DNA of 34,657 nt, taken from contig DLPA01000103.1 of NCBI GenBank assembly GCA_002479815.1, positions 595 through 35,251 of the forward strand, in the 5' to 3' direction. Below the pieces are notes generated by a model. It saw only the letters and a list, made by a program, of their open reading frames with translations, ran no database searches and was not told where the DNA came from. Below are positions 1 to 8,007 of this stretch, in pieces; within the stretch, counting starts at the first letter, position 1; every line of letters starts with the position of its first letter. The DNA is from a bacterium UBA7470. GTDB lineage: Bacteria > Pseudomonadota > Gammaproteobacteria > Burkholderiales > Burkholderiaceae_C. Both the position numbers and the translations under genes were made by a program.

Positions 1-44
1 GGTTTGAAATAATCGCCAGCGTCACTCGACATGCTTGACCAGAG

Positions 45-79
45 CCGCAGATAATGAGAATTCATGCTGCGGTTTTTTT
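45..79 (+). terminator. Putative rho-independent terminator of an upstream gene lying outside the window
   Basis: CCGCAG (45-50) pairs with CTGCGG (67-72). Inner ATGA/TCAT pairing is also possible. A run of 7 T follows (73-79). Confidence 0.45.
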
Positions 80-100
80 ATTGCCTCTGGAGATAGGTTC

Positions 101-652
101 ATGATGCACGCTATACGTCGTCGGCCTCTGTTAACTGCGATGGTTTTATCTGGTTTGTTTGTACTTTCGGGTTGTGCAAGCTTGAGTGAGGAGGAATGCA
201 AAACGGCAGATTGGGGGCGTTTGGGCTATAACGATGGCGCCGCAGGCCATGCCGAATCGCGTTTGGCAGAGCACGCCGATGCTTGTGCCAAGATAGGCAT
301 ACGGCCCAACGCCTCACTCTGGCGCTCGGGCTGGGATCGGGGTGTCATGACGTATTGCACGCCCAATGTCGGCTGGCGCGAAGGCTTGGCAGGACGCAGC
401 TACAGTGGCGTGTGTCGCGGGCGCAATGAGGAAGCCTTCTTAGGCCCTTACCGCGCGGGCGCGGAGATTCACCGTCTCGAATCTCGCATCAACAGCAATC
501 AAAGTGAAATTCGTCGGCTTGAGGAGCAATTACGCAGCGCCCCCAACGACGAAGCACGTCGCCGCCTACGCAGTCGCATCCGCGATTTGGACGATGAACA
601 ACGCTACTTACGTTCCTCCGCCAACAATTTGCGCTACGGCGCTCGCTACTGA
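101..652 (+). CDS. DUF2799-like lipoprotein with a C-terminal coiled-coil/Arg-rich tail
   Basis: Part of track ORF 35..652. GGAGA lies 7 nt upstream of ATG 101. The signal peptide has lipobox LSG|C (MMHAIRRRPLLTAMVLSGLFVLSGC). The Cys-rich motif CKTADWGRLGYNDG...MTYC is typical of DUF2799 proteins. The family name is from memory. Confidence 0.75.
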   Translation: MMHAIRRRPLLTAMVLSGLFVLSGCASLSEEECKTADWGRLGYNDGAAGHAESRLAEHADACAKIGIRPNASLWRSGWDRGVMTYCTPNVGWREGLAGRSYSGVCRGRNEEAFLGPYRAGAEIHRLESRINSNQSEIRRLEEQLRSAPNDEARRRLRSRIRDLDDEQRYLRSSANNLRYGARY

Positions 653-669
653 GGCGGAATGGGTGCGGG

Positions 670-1668
670 ATGTGGGTGTATCAACCGCCTTCTTGGCTGC
701 CTGACGGGCACAGCCAAACCATCGTACCGTCTTTGTGGGCAGGGCGTACTGTGCCAAGATCGGGGATTCGGTTTCAGCGAGAACGTTGGACGACACCCGA
801 TGAGGACTTCATTGATGTCGATCGCGTGCGCCCCCATCGTCAGAGCGTCCCCGCTGCGTGGCCCTTATTGGTGGTGTTTCATGGCTTAGAAGGCTCTTCT
901 CAAAGCCATTACGCACAAGGCTTTGCCCGTTATGCGCTGACGCAAGGTTGCGAATGTGCCATTCCACACTTTCGGGGCTGTTCGGGCGAGTTGAATGTCA
1001 CCCCTCGGGCGTATCACTCAGGCGACTTTGCGGAAATCGACTGGATTTTGCGCCGCTTCAAAGCCGAAGCCCCCCATCGTCCGATCTGGGCGGTGGGCAT
1101 CTCACTGGGTGGCAATGCCTTGAGTAAATGGGCGGGGGAGTCGGGGGCACAGGCGCTGCATTTGGTGCAAGCGGTGGCGGCCGTCTGTTCGCCTTTGGAT
1201 TTGGCCGCTTCTGGTCGGGCGATGGGGCAGGGCTTTAATCGCCACGTCTATACCCGTATGTTTCTGAATACCATGATCCCGAAGGCGCTTCAGAAATGGA
1301 AGCAGTTTCCACATCTGTTTGATGCACCTGCGCTGCAAAAAGCCAAAACGCTGTACGAATTTGATGATCTTTTTACAGCACCTTTGCATGGGTACAAAAA
1401 CACCGAAGATTATTGGTTACGGGCATCGGCCTTGCCAGTGCTGCACAAGATTCAAGTGCCCAGCTTGCTGCTCAATGCCAAAAACGATCCTTTTATTCCT
1501 GCAAGCTCTTTGCCTACACCCCAGCAAGTCAGCTCTCAGGTCTCGCTGTGGCAGTCCCGTCATGGGGGGCACGTCGGTTTTCCATCGCATCATTGGCAGC
1601 AATCTGCGCAGGCGCTGTTCATGGAAATGCCCAGCGCGGTGGGGGCATGGCTGTTTCATCATCGTTAA
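670..1668 (+). CDS. Alpha/beta-fold hydrolase, YheT-like
   Basis: 332-aa ORF. The oxyanion region is VVFHGLEGS, the nucleophile elbow is GISLGG, and a C-terminal GGHVGF histidine is present. Overall layout matches YheT/ABHD1-3-type hydrolases. Confidence 0.85.
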   Translation: MWVYQPPSWLPDGHSQTIVPSLWAGRTVPRSGIRFQRERWTTPDEDFIDVDRVRPHRQSVPAAWPLLVVFHGLEGSSQSHYAQGFARYALTQGCECAIPHFRGCSGELNVTPRAYHSGDFAEIDWILRRFKAEAPHRPIWAVGISLGGNALSKWAGESGAQALHLVQAVAAVCSPLDLAASGRAMGQGFNRHVYTRMFLNTMIPKALQKWKQFPHLFDAPALQKAKTLYEFDDLFTAPLHGYKNTEDYWLRASALPVLHKIQVPSLLLNAKNDPFIPASSLPTPQQVSSQVSLWQSRHGGHVGFPSHHWQQSAQALFMEMPSAVGAWLFHHR

Positions 1669-1687
1669 CCAGTTGGAAATAAACCCA

Positions 1688-2248
1688 ATGGACGACATCG
1701 TATTGCAAGCCATGCGTAAATGGCCCCATGTCCCCGCCTGCTATGGTTGGTTAGGCTTAGATGGTCGAGGCCAGTGGTGGATGCGCGACGACCGCACACA
1801 GCAACAAGGCACATTTCAAGAAGCGATCCGAAACAACGTGTCTGAGGCCAAGGGTGCTTTACTGCAACACGACAAGTTGGTCGCTTTTATTGGTCGCAAT
1901 TATGGGCATGACGAAGAGGGACGCTGGTTTTTTCAAAACGGCCCTCAGCGAGTGTATGTAGAACTGGCCTATGCGCCGTGGGTGTTTCGCGTGCAGGACA
2001 ACGGAGAAGTTCATACCCACACCCATGCCGTCACCGTTGTCAAACAAGCCATCAGCGACGAGCTGGGTCATTTGTACTTAGACACACCACTGGGTTTGGG
2101 TTTGGTACATACCCAAGATGTAGGCGTGGCTTGCGATTTTTTAAGTCAATGGTCTTGCGTAGAAAGATCGGCCGCGGAGCTGCCCTCACACTTTGCTTAC
2201 GTCCGCAGCCCGCAGCATCAGCATCCCGCCTTGCTCGCTCGTGTCTGA
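1688..2248 (+). CDS. Conserved hypothetical protein (N-terminal W-P-x-V-P-A-C-Y-G-W-L motif)
   Basis: In-frame ATG at 1688 inside track ORF 1319..2248. The upstream 123 codons overlap the hydrolase out of frame and look non-coding. The start lies 19 nt after the hydrolase stop. I recognise the motif as a conserved DUF-type protein of beta/gammaproteobacteria but cannot name the family reliably. Confidence 0.7.
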   Translation: MDDIVLQAMRKWPHVPACYGWLGLDGRGQWWMRDDRTQQQGTFQEAIRNNVSEAKGALLQHDKLVAFIGRNYGHDEEGRWFFQNGPQRVYVELAYAPWVFRVQDNGEVHTHTHAVTVVKQAISDELGHLYLDTPLGLGLVHTQDVGVACDFLSQWSCVERSAAELPSHFAYVRSPQHQHPALLARV

Positions 2249-2259
2249 GCACAAAAATA

Positions 2260-2284
2260 AAAAAGCCGGACGCATCCGGCTTTG
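2260..2284. terminator. Bidirectional rho-independent terminator between convergent genes
   Basis: AGCCGGA (2264-2270) pairs with TCCGGCT (2275-2281), loop CGCA. An A-run lies on the left and TTT on the right, so read on the minus strand it is a hairpin followed by a T-run. It sits between the stop at 2248 (+) and the stop at 2309 (-). Confidence 0.75.
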
Positions 2285-2308
2285 GACTAAACACACAGAC
2301 AAACAACC

Positions 2309-2806
2309 TTATTTTTTAGGCTCGGGTGCAGCTGGTTCCTTAAACTTCGCCCCACCTGAGTTGGCCATGTGTACGACGGCACGAGCAATCTCCAAATCGT
2401 TCAAATCGCCTCCAGCTTGTGCGCCCATTGCGCCCTTGCCTTTGAGGGCTGAATTGATCAGGGTATCCAGTCCTGTGCCGATGCGTGGTCCCCAAGCGCC
2501 CGCATCGCCCAGTTTGGGTGCGCCTACCAAACCAGCCGTGTGACATGCTGCACATTGCGCTGTGTAAGCCTCTTCACCAGAGCGTAGTTTACGATCACCG
2601 GTTTTCAGCTCCACCGCACCCACGCGCTGGATACGGGTGGCCACGGCCAACTCTGAGCTGTCAACGCCAGGTGCTGTTTTATTCGCTGAGACAACGAAGT
2701 ACACCAACCCGATGATGATAAAGACGGGCACAACGAACGAGAAAAATGAGGTCCAAAGGAATTGGCTCGGGGTTTGAATTGGGCCGGAGTGAGAGTCGTG
2801 GCTCAT
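2309..2806 (-). CDS. Membrane-anchored c-type cytochrome (cytochrome c5 family)
   Basis: Start MSHDSH at 2806 inside track ORF 2309..3019. One N-terminal TM helix (FLWTSFFSFVVPVFIIIGLVYFVV). Single haem motif CAACH followed by the GAMG/methionine ligand region. Confidence 0.85.
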   Translation of the reverse strand: MSHDSHSGPIQTPSQFLWTSFFSFVVPVFIIIGLVYFVVSANKTAPGVDSSELAVATRIQRVGAVELKTGDRKLRSGEEAYTAQCAACHTAGLVGAPKLGDAGAWGPRIGTGLDTLINSALKGKGAMGAQAGGDLNDLEIARAVVHMANSGGAKFKEPAAPEPKK

Positions 2807-3078
2807 GGCATGTACTGAGGAAGAAGAGTTGGCTGCCGAATCAGCAGCGGAGAATAAAAAAATTTGATCTCTAATTATAACGACGACCCTTACAGTAGTT
2901 TGGCAACAAGTTGGTTTAGCCATGCACAATTGCGATTGTAAAAAAATGCAATGAAACCCGCACTTTTGCAGTAAACAGTTATGACAGGGATGATTCACTG
3001 AATGTGTATGAGCAAGCACCCCTTGCAGCGCGTACCATCAAGGTCTATTTGTCGGCTGATGCTTTGGAGAAATCACTC

Positions 3079-4059
3079 ATGTACCGTTGGATATGGCGCA
3101 CCTTGATCCTTGGTTGGACAGGGCTGGTGGTAGGCTGTGGTGATGGAGAGCTGACATCCTCCGCAGGCACTGTGATTTCTCCTTCTCGTCACAAGAGGTC
3201 GGATTTCAGTGGTGCGACAGGCGATATACCCGCCAAGTCTGCTCCGGTAGAACAACCGCAATATGTGCTGCATCAAGCCCGCGCTCGCTTAATTCCTGCC
3301 GTCTTGCAGGTGTATTACAACCCCACAGACGCACCCGCCCATTGGGATTTAGCTTCTATGCTCGCATTGTTACAGCGCACCGCCAATAAATGGAGCGATG
3401 TGTGTAATGTTCGCATTGAAGTGATAGGCACGACGGGGGTGAAGCCTGTCATGCAAAAACAAAGCGCGGTCGATGTGGATGGACTCAGCGTGATTGGATG
3501 GCTGGTGTTTCCGACCGATCTGGCGAGTTTCAGCGGCAATGTCAGTTGGTGGTATCGCACCAATGCCGACCGACTCCCCGCCATCGTGGATGCCGACATG
3601 GGGCTGAATCTGTCTCGTGTCTCAAGGTTCACAGGCGAAAGTGCTGCTTTGAATCTGGGGGGGCTACTCACCCATGAATGGGGGCATATGCTGGGCATCA
3701 GTCACTCAAATACATCCCAATCGGTGATGTTTGCCGCGCCTTACAACAGCTACACCTTCCAAAACAGCTTGCGCGGTGACGATGCCGCTGCTTGCGCCGA
3801 TTTGTACGGCGCAGCCCCCCATGCACAGGCCATGCGCGTGTTCAACTGGGCCGAGCAAGTGTTGCCCGACCTCTTGCAACCCTTGGGCGTGTCTTCTACG
3901 TTGGTGGATGGTTTTCCGACCCGCGAATACAGTCAAACCGGATTTGCCTTGCAAGTCCGTGCCGAGCGTATCTACTACCGACCGGGCTTTCAGCAAGCGT
4001 GGATAGACCTAGGGCTGGTGAGCGACTGGTTTGCCGTTGCCAGCAGCCAAGGGTTTTGA
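3079..4059 (+). CDS. Matrixin-like (M10-type) zinc metalloprotease lipoprotein
   Basis: GGAGA lies 8 nt before ATG 3079. Signal with lipobox VVG|C (MYRWIWRTLILGWTGLVVGC). Metzincin signature HEWGHMLGISHS (HExxHxxGxxH) with a downstream SVMF Met-turn. Confidence 0.8.
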   Translation: MYRWIWRTLILGWTGLVVGCGDGELTSSAGTVISPSRHKRSDFSGATGDIPAKSAPVEQPQYVLHQARARLIPAVLQVYYNPTDAPAHWDLASMLALLQRTANKWSDVCNVRIEVIGTTGVKPVMQKQSAVDVDGLSVIGWLVFPTDLASFSGNVSWWYRTNADRLPAIVDADMGLNLSRVSRFTGESAALNLGGLLTHEWGHMLGISHSNTSQSVMFAAPYNSYTFQNSLRGDDAAACADLYGAAPHAQAMRVFNWAEQVLPDLLQPLGVSSTLVDGFPTREYSQTGFALQVRAERIYYRPGFQQAWIDLGLVSDWFAVASSQGF

Positions 4060-4097
4060 AGGGGCGCGGGTGCAGGCGCAGGCGCGGGCGACCCCTC

Positions 4098-5300
4098 TCA
4101 AGCAATGACCCCGCCGCCCAAGCACACGTCCCCGTCGTACAGCACAGCAGACTGCCCGGGCGTGACGGCCCATTGCGGCGCGGGAAAGTGCAGGCGTATG
4201 CCACTGGCATCGCCCGCTTGGGTCAAGGAGCCGCTGGTGGGTGCGGCGTAGAGCGTGCAGGGGGCATCGCTTTGGCGGTAGCGGGTTTTGGCGCTCAAGT
4301 GGCGACAGGCTTGCCCGTTGGCATCGGTGTCGCTCAGGGCAGGTGCTGCGCCTGCTGTCCAGCTCAGGTCTAGGGCGTGCAAGCCCTCGCTCAACAACCA
4401 CGGGTGATCGTGCCCTTGTACCACCCACAACGTGTTGGTCTTGACTTCTTTACGCGCCACAAACCACGGCGCATGGTCGCCGCCGCCTTTTTGTGCGCCC
4501 TTGGCCTTGATGCCGCCTATGCCTAAGCCTTGGCGTTGACCCAAGGTGTAAAAGCTCAAACCCACATGGCGACCGATGACATGGCCTTGCGGGTTTTTGA
4601 TCGGGCCGGGTGCGTGGGCGATGTAGCGGTTCAAAAACTCCCGAAACGGACGCTCGCCGATGAAGCAAATGCCGGTCGAATCTTTTTTCTTGGCATTGGG
4701 CAGCCCAATCTCGGCGGCGATGCGGCGCACCTCGGTTTTGTGCAACTCGCCCACCGGAAACAGGGTGTTGGACAACTGCGCTTGGGTGAGGCGGTGCAGA
4801 AAATAGCTTTGGTCTTTGCCAGCGTCTAAGCCTTTGAGCAGCTCGAAACGGCCATCGCCTAAGCGAGCCGTTTCTGGGGGCAAAAGAGCTTTTTGGGCAT
4901 CGACGCAGCGCACGCGGGCGTAGTGGCCGGTGGCGATTTTGTCGGCTCCGAGGGCAAAGGCGTGGTCTAAAAAGGCTTTGAATTTGATTTCGGCGTTGCA
5001 CAAAATGTCGGGGTTGGGGGTGCGGCCGGCTTGGTACTCGCGCAAAAACTCGGCAAATACGCGATCTTTGTAATTCGCTGCGAAATTGACGTGTTCGATG
5101 TCGATGCCGATCACATCGGCCACGCTGGCCGCGTCCAACCAGTCTTGCCGACTGGTGCAATGTTCGCTGTCGTCGTCATCTTCCCAATTTTTCATGAAGA
5201 TGCCCACGACCTCATGGCCTTGGCGCTTGAGCAAATAGGCACTCACCGCAGAATCGACCCCGCCGGAAAGGCCCACCACAATTTTCAGTTTCTTCGTCAT
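4098..5300 (-). CDS. mnmA: tRNA 2-thiouridine(34) synthase
   Basis: PP-loop motif [12 protein letters not shown]. Conserved TPNPDILCN and CFIGER blocks. Start MTKKLKIVV at 5300; the track ORF extends to 5327. Confidence 0.95.
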   Translation of the reverse strand: MTKKLKIVVGLSGGVDSAVSAYLLKRQGHEVVGIFMKNWEDDDDSEHCTSRQDWLDAASVADVIGIDIEHVNFAANYKDRVFAEFLREYQAGRTPNPDILCNAEIKFKAFLDHAFALGADKIATGHYARVRCVDAQKALLPPETARLGDGRFELLKGLDAGKDQSYFLHRLTQAQLSNTLFPVGELHKTEVRRIAAEIGLPNAKKKDSTGICFIGERPFREFLNRYIAHAPGPIKNPQGHVIGRHVGLSFYTLGQRQGLGIGGIKAKGAQKGGGDHAPWFVARKEVKTNTLWVVQGHDHPWLLSEGLHALDLSWTAGAAPALSDTDANGQACRHLSAKTRYRQSDAPCTLYAAPTSGSLTQAGDASGIRLHFPAPQWAVTPGQSAVLYDGDVCLGGGVIA

Positions 5301-5336
5301 ACCCCGCATTATCCCGAGACTGGACACGTCAGGGGG

Positions 5337-6308
5337 CTACAAAAATGCCTTCATGAAAGCCATCAGCGCCTGTGGCTGTTCGTGAATCACCCAATGGGAG
5401 CCATTCGGGATGCGATCAATCCGTAAATCAGGAATGTACTGTTCCAGTCCGTCCAACAGACTGGGGGGAAGGGCGATGTCTGCCAGCCCCCAAATCACTT
5501 GGGTGGGAATGCGGACGTGTGTGACCGAGGCAGGCAGGGTGACGGCTGTGGCAGCAGGGTCGTTTGCAGAAGGAGGACGCAGTGGCGATGCGCCATAGTA
5601 GTGACAGGGGCCTTGTAGTCCTTGCCGCCATACGTCGCGGTATTGCTCGCGCACCTCATCGGTCAACCACGCATACAAGCCAGTGCTTGCGCCCATATGC
5701 TCAAAAAAGGGCCATAAGCGCGCAAAATCGTCGGCTGCCAGCAGCTCAGGCGCATCAGGGCGAGCCAAAAAATTCATGTACGCACTTGCGGCTTGTTGCG
5801 CCGGGTTGTGCGCCAGTTCGCGTAAAAACGTCGCTGGATGAGGCGAGTTGATGATGACCAGCTTGGCTAAGAGGTCTGGACAACTGGCGGCCACATTCCA
5901 TGCCACCGCGCCCCCCCAGTCGTGGGCGATGAGAACAACAGGCGTTTGTATGCCTTGAGATGTTGTGAAGTGTTGTATTAAAGAAACAATATCTTGCACC
6001 AGATGTTTGGCGCGATAAGCCGATACATCCGTTGGCGCACTGGAGCCAGCATAGCCTCTCAGATTGGGCGCAACGCAGACGTGACTGCCGCCTTCTGGGG
6101 ACGCAAAGTGCTGTAAAAAATCATCCCAAATGAAGGCTGCTTCAGGAAAGCCGTGCAAAAACACCAGCAGCGGACGTGCGGGGCGGGTCTGTGCCTTTGC
6201 TGTCCAAGGCTCTGTGATGCGGCAGCGCAAGTGGATGCCGTGGGGCAGCTCAAGCGTCTGGTGTTGAATCTGGGGGAAGCTTTGGACTGGCGTTGGGGGC
6301 GGGTTCAT
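5337..6308 (-). CDS. Alpha/beta hydrolase, epoxide-hydrolase/haloalkane-dehalogenase-like
   Basis: HGFPE motif (LVFLHGFPEAAFIW), nucleophile motif AHDWGG, and a C-terminal GSHWVIHEQP histidine. Confidence 0.85.
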   Translation of the reverse strand: MNPPPTPVQSFPQIQHQTLELPHGIHLRCRITEPWTAKAQTRPARPLLVFLHGFPEAAFIWDDFLQHFASPEGGSHVCVAPNLRGYAGSSAPTDVSAYRAKHLVQDIVSLIQHFTTSQGIQTPVVLIAHDWGGAVAWNVAASCPDLLAKLVIINSPHPATFLRELAHNPAQQAASAYMNFLARPDAPELLAADDFARLWPFFEHMGASTGLYAWLTDEVREQYRDVWRQGLQGPCHYYGASPLRPPSANDPAATAVTLPASVTHVRIPTQVIWGLADIALPPSLLDGLEQYIPDLRIDRIPNGSHWVIHEQPQALMAFMKAFL

Positions 6309-7029
6309 GGTCGCGTTCCTGCTGAAGTTGGGCGGCTGTGGCCCATTGCCGCAGCAGCACGGAAACCTCTTCTACGCCTTGGCGTTTGAGGGCAGAAAAC
6401 AGCATGGCCTGTCCGCCGCCGACTTGCAGTCGCGCAATCGACAAGGCTTTTTGTGCCTCTACACGGGTGAGCTTGTCGGCCTTGGTCAACAACACCAGAA
6501 GGTTCAAGCCTTGTTCGACGCGAGGGCGTATCACTTCTAACAAGATGTCGTCCAGCTCGGTTAAGCCCAAACGTGCATCGCACAGCATCACAACGCTGTT
6601 GAGATTGTGCCGCGTGCGTAAGTAGCTCGCCATGACCCGCTGCCAGCGCAATTTGGCCTCTTTGGGAACTGCCGCATAACCGTAGCCCGGTAAATCGGTC
6701 AACACCGCATCGGTGCAGCCTTGTTTGCCGACAGAAAATAGGTTGATGCTTTGGGTACGCCCGGGCGTTTTTGAGGCAAAGGCGAGCCGTTTTTGCTGTG
6801 TGAGCGTATTGATGGCGGTGGATTTGCCCGCGTTGGAGCGTCCCACAAAGGCAATCTCTGGCTCATGGATGCGAGGCAGGTACTCCAATTGAGGGGCGGT
6901 AGTTAAAAAGCGTGCCGTGTGCAGCCACGCCGTTGCTGTTTTCGCAGCTTGGGTCGTACTGGACGGGGAGGGAGGGGGTAGGAGTGGAGTAGATGGCTCA
7001 GTCATTCTGGGGTTTTCCCGAGGCGACAT
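6250..7029 (-). CDS. engB: Ribosome-biogenesis GTPase YihA/EngB
   Basis: G1 motif GRSNAGKST, G3 motif DLPGYG, G4 motif TKADK. The start is ambiguous: ATG at 7095, 7029 or 7005. 7095 would leave only 22 bp to the divergent cytochrome c4 start, so an internal ATG is preferred. There is a Pro/Ser-rich N-terminal extension and a Pro-rich C-terminal tail. Confidence 0.85.
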   Translation of the reverse strand: MSPRENPRMTEPSTPLLPPPSPSSTTQAAKTATAWLHTARFLTTAPQLEYLPRIHEPEIAFVGRSNAGKSTAINTLTQQKRLAFASKTPGRTQSINLFSVGKQGCTDAVLTDLPGYGYAAVPKEAKLRWQRVMASYLRTRHNLNSVVMLCDARLGLTELDDILLEVIRPRVEQGLNLLVLLTKADKLTRVEAQKALSIARLQVGGGQAMLFSALKRQGVEEVSVLLRQWATAAQLQQERDHEPAPNASPKLPPDSTPDA

Positions 7030-7117
7030 TGTAAAATCAGAAAGTTTTTCTGCATGTCGCTGCTGTGTTGGTTTCACGGCATTCTTAAATCTCATCGCTT
7101 ATACCTTAGCCCACGCC

Positions 7118-7732
7118 ATGAACATTGTTGTGTCCTCCCTCTGTGCAGCAGCTCTTGCTGCCGCTTCCTTCGCCGCACAAGCACAAGCAGCCAAGCCCGA
7201 CACTGCCAAAGGTGCTGCCGCCTATGGTCAGGTGTGTGTGGCTTGCCATGCAGCTGACGGCAATTCCAGCTTGGCCGCCAATCCGAAATTGGCCCAGCAA
7301 CATCCCGAATACCTGGTCAAACAGCTGCAAGAGTTCAAGTCTGGTAAACGTGAAAATGCAGTCATGAAAGGTTTTGCTGCCGCGCTGTCAGATGAAGAGA
7401 TGCGCAACATCAGTTTTTGGTTGGCTGAGCAAAAAGCCAAAAACGGTGCGGCAGTCAATAAAGATTTGGTCACGTTGGGCGAGCGCATTTACCGTGGCGG
7501 CATTCCCGACCGTCAAGTGGCTGCCTGTGCGGGTTGCCACAGCCCCAACGGCGCGGGCATTCCAGCTCAATATCCGCGCCTGAGCGGTCAACACGCCGAA
7601 TACACCGCAGGGCAATTGACCGCCTTCCGCGATGGCGTGCGCAAAAACAGCGTTCAAATGACGCAAGTGGCTGCCAAAATGAACGATAAAGAAATCAAAG
7701 CTGTCGCGGACTACATTGCTGGGCTGCGTTGA
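7118..7732 (+). CDS. Dihaem cytochrome c4
   Basis: Sec signal MNIVVSSLCAAALAAASFAAQA. Two haem motifs, CVACH and CAGCH, each followed by a Met ligand region. Length is about 200 aa. The divergent engB/cytochrome c4 arrangement is common in proteobacteria. Confidence 0.9.
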   Translation: MNIVVSSLCAAALAAASFAAQAQAAKPDTAKGAAAYGQVCVACHAADGNSSLAANPKLAQQHPEYLVKQLQEFKSGKRENAVMKGFAAALSDEEMRNISFWLAEQKAKNGAAVNKDLVTLGERIYRGGIPDRQVAACAGCHSPNGAGIPAQYPRLSGQHAEYTAGQLTAFRDGVRKNSVQMTQVAAKMNDKEIKAVADYIAGLR

Positions 7733-7887
7733 TCGGTGTTGGATTTGGCCTTCAGTCTTGTAGGTATATAAGCCATCAATAATGTTTCAGGTGACAATCG
7801 GGCACATACCTTGTGCAACATGGGTACCAGTTGATGCAGCGCCCTGAAGCTGAGGAACTTTTCTTGGTTCGGGTGCTCTAGCACGGG

Positions 7888-7917
7888 GCGGGTCTGGTCT
7901 TGACCCGCTTTTTTTTT
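7888..7917 (+). terminator. Rho-independent terminator
   Basis: GCGGGTC (7888-7894) pairs with GACCCGC (7902-7908), 7-nt loop, followed by 9 T (7909-7917). It lies about 155 nt after the cytochrome c4 stop. Confidence 0.8.
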
Positions 7918-8007
7918 GCGCCTCCATTACGGGTGGTGTTCAAAACGCTGTGTCTAGGTGGTGTTTTGTTCGCATATTGATCTTGTTTTTTTGTTTGAGT
8001 GTTTGTC

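Noticed and set aside
1319-1687. The 5' extension of track ORF 1319..2248, which overlaps the YheT-like hydrolase.
   Set aside because: It is out of frame with a well-supported gene and gives a Cys-rich nonsense-like translation. A good ATG at 1688 gives the conserved N-terminus MDDIVLQAMRKWPHVPACYGW.
2865-2878. TTGATCTCTAATTA in the cytochrome c5/metalloprotease spacer, considered as a possible FNR box.
   Set aside because: Only the left half-site matches TTGAT. The right half, AATTA, matches ATCAA poorly. In AT-rich DNA this is not distinguishable from chance.
2807-3019. The 5' extension of the cytochrome c5 ORF (MLAHTHSVNHPCHNCLL...).
   Set aside because: It runs through an AT-rich promoter-like spacer with an odd Cys/His-rich composition. 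The ATG at 2806 yields a normal short cytoplasmic N-terminus followed by a TM anchor.
4060-4097. GC-rich spacer GGGGCGCGGGTGCAGGCGCAGGCGCGGGCGACCCC between the convergent metalloprotease and mnmA genes, considered as a terminator or repeat.
   Set aside because: Only the terminal GGGG/CCCC can pair. The interior is a short GCAGGC/GCGCGGG direct reiteration, not a stem, and there is no T-run. I cannot support a defined structure.
4450-5160. 236-aa minus-strand ORF in an alternative frame of mnmA, and the 131-aa plus-strand ORF at 5031..5426.
   Set aside because: They are Arg/Pro-rich low-complexity translations lying entirely inside the well-supported mnmA and hydrolase genes. They are frame artefacts of high GC.
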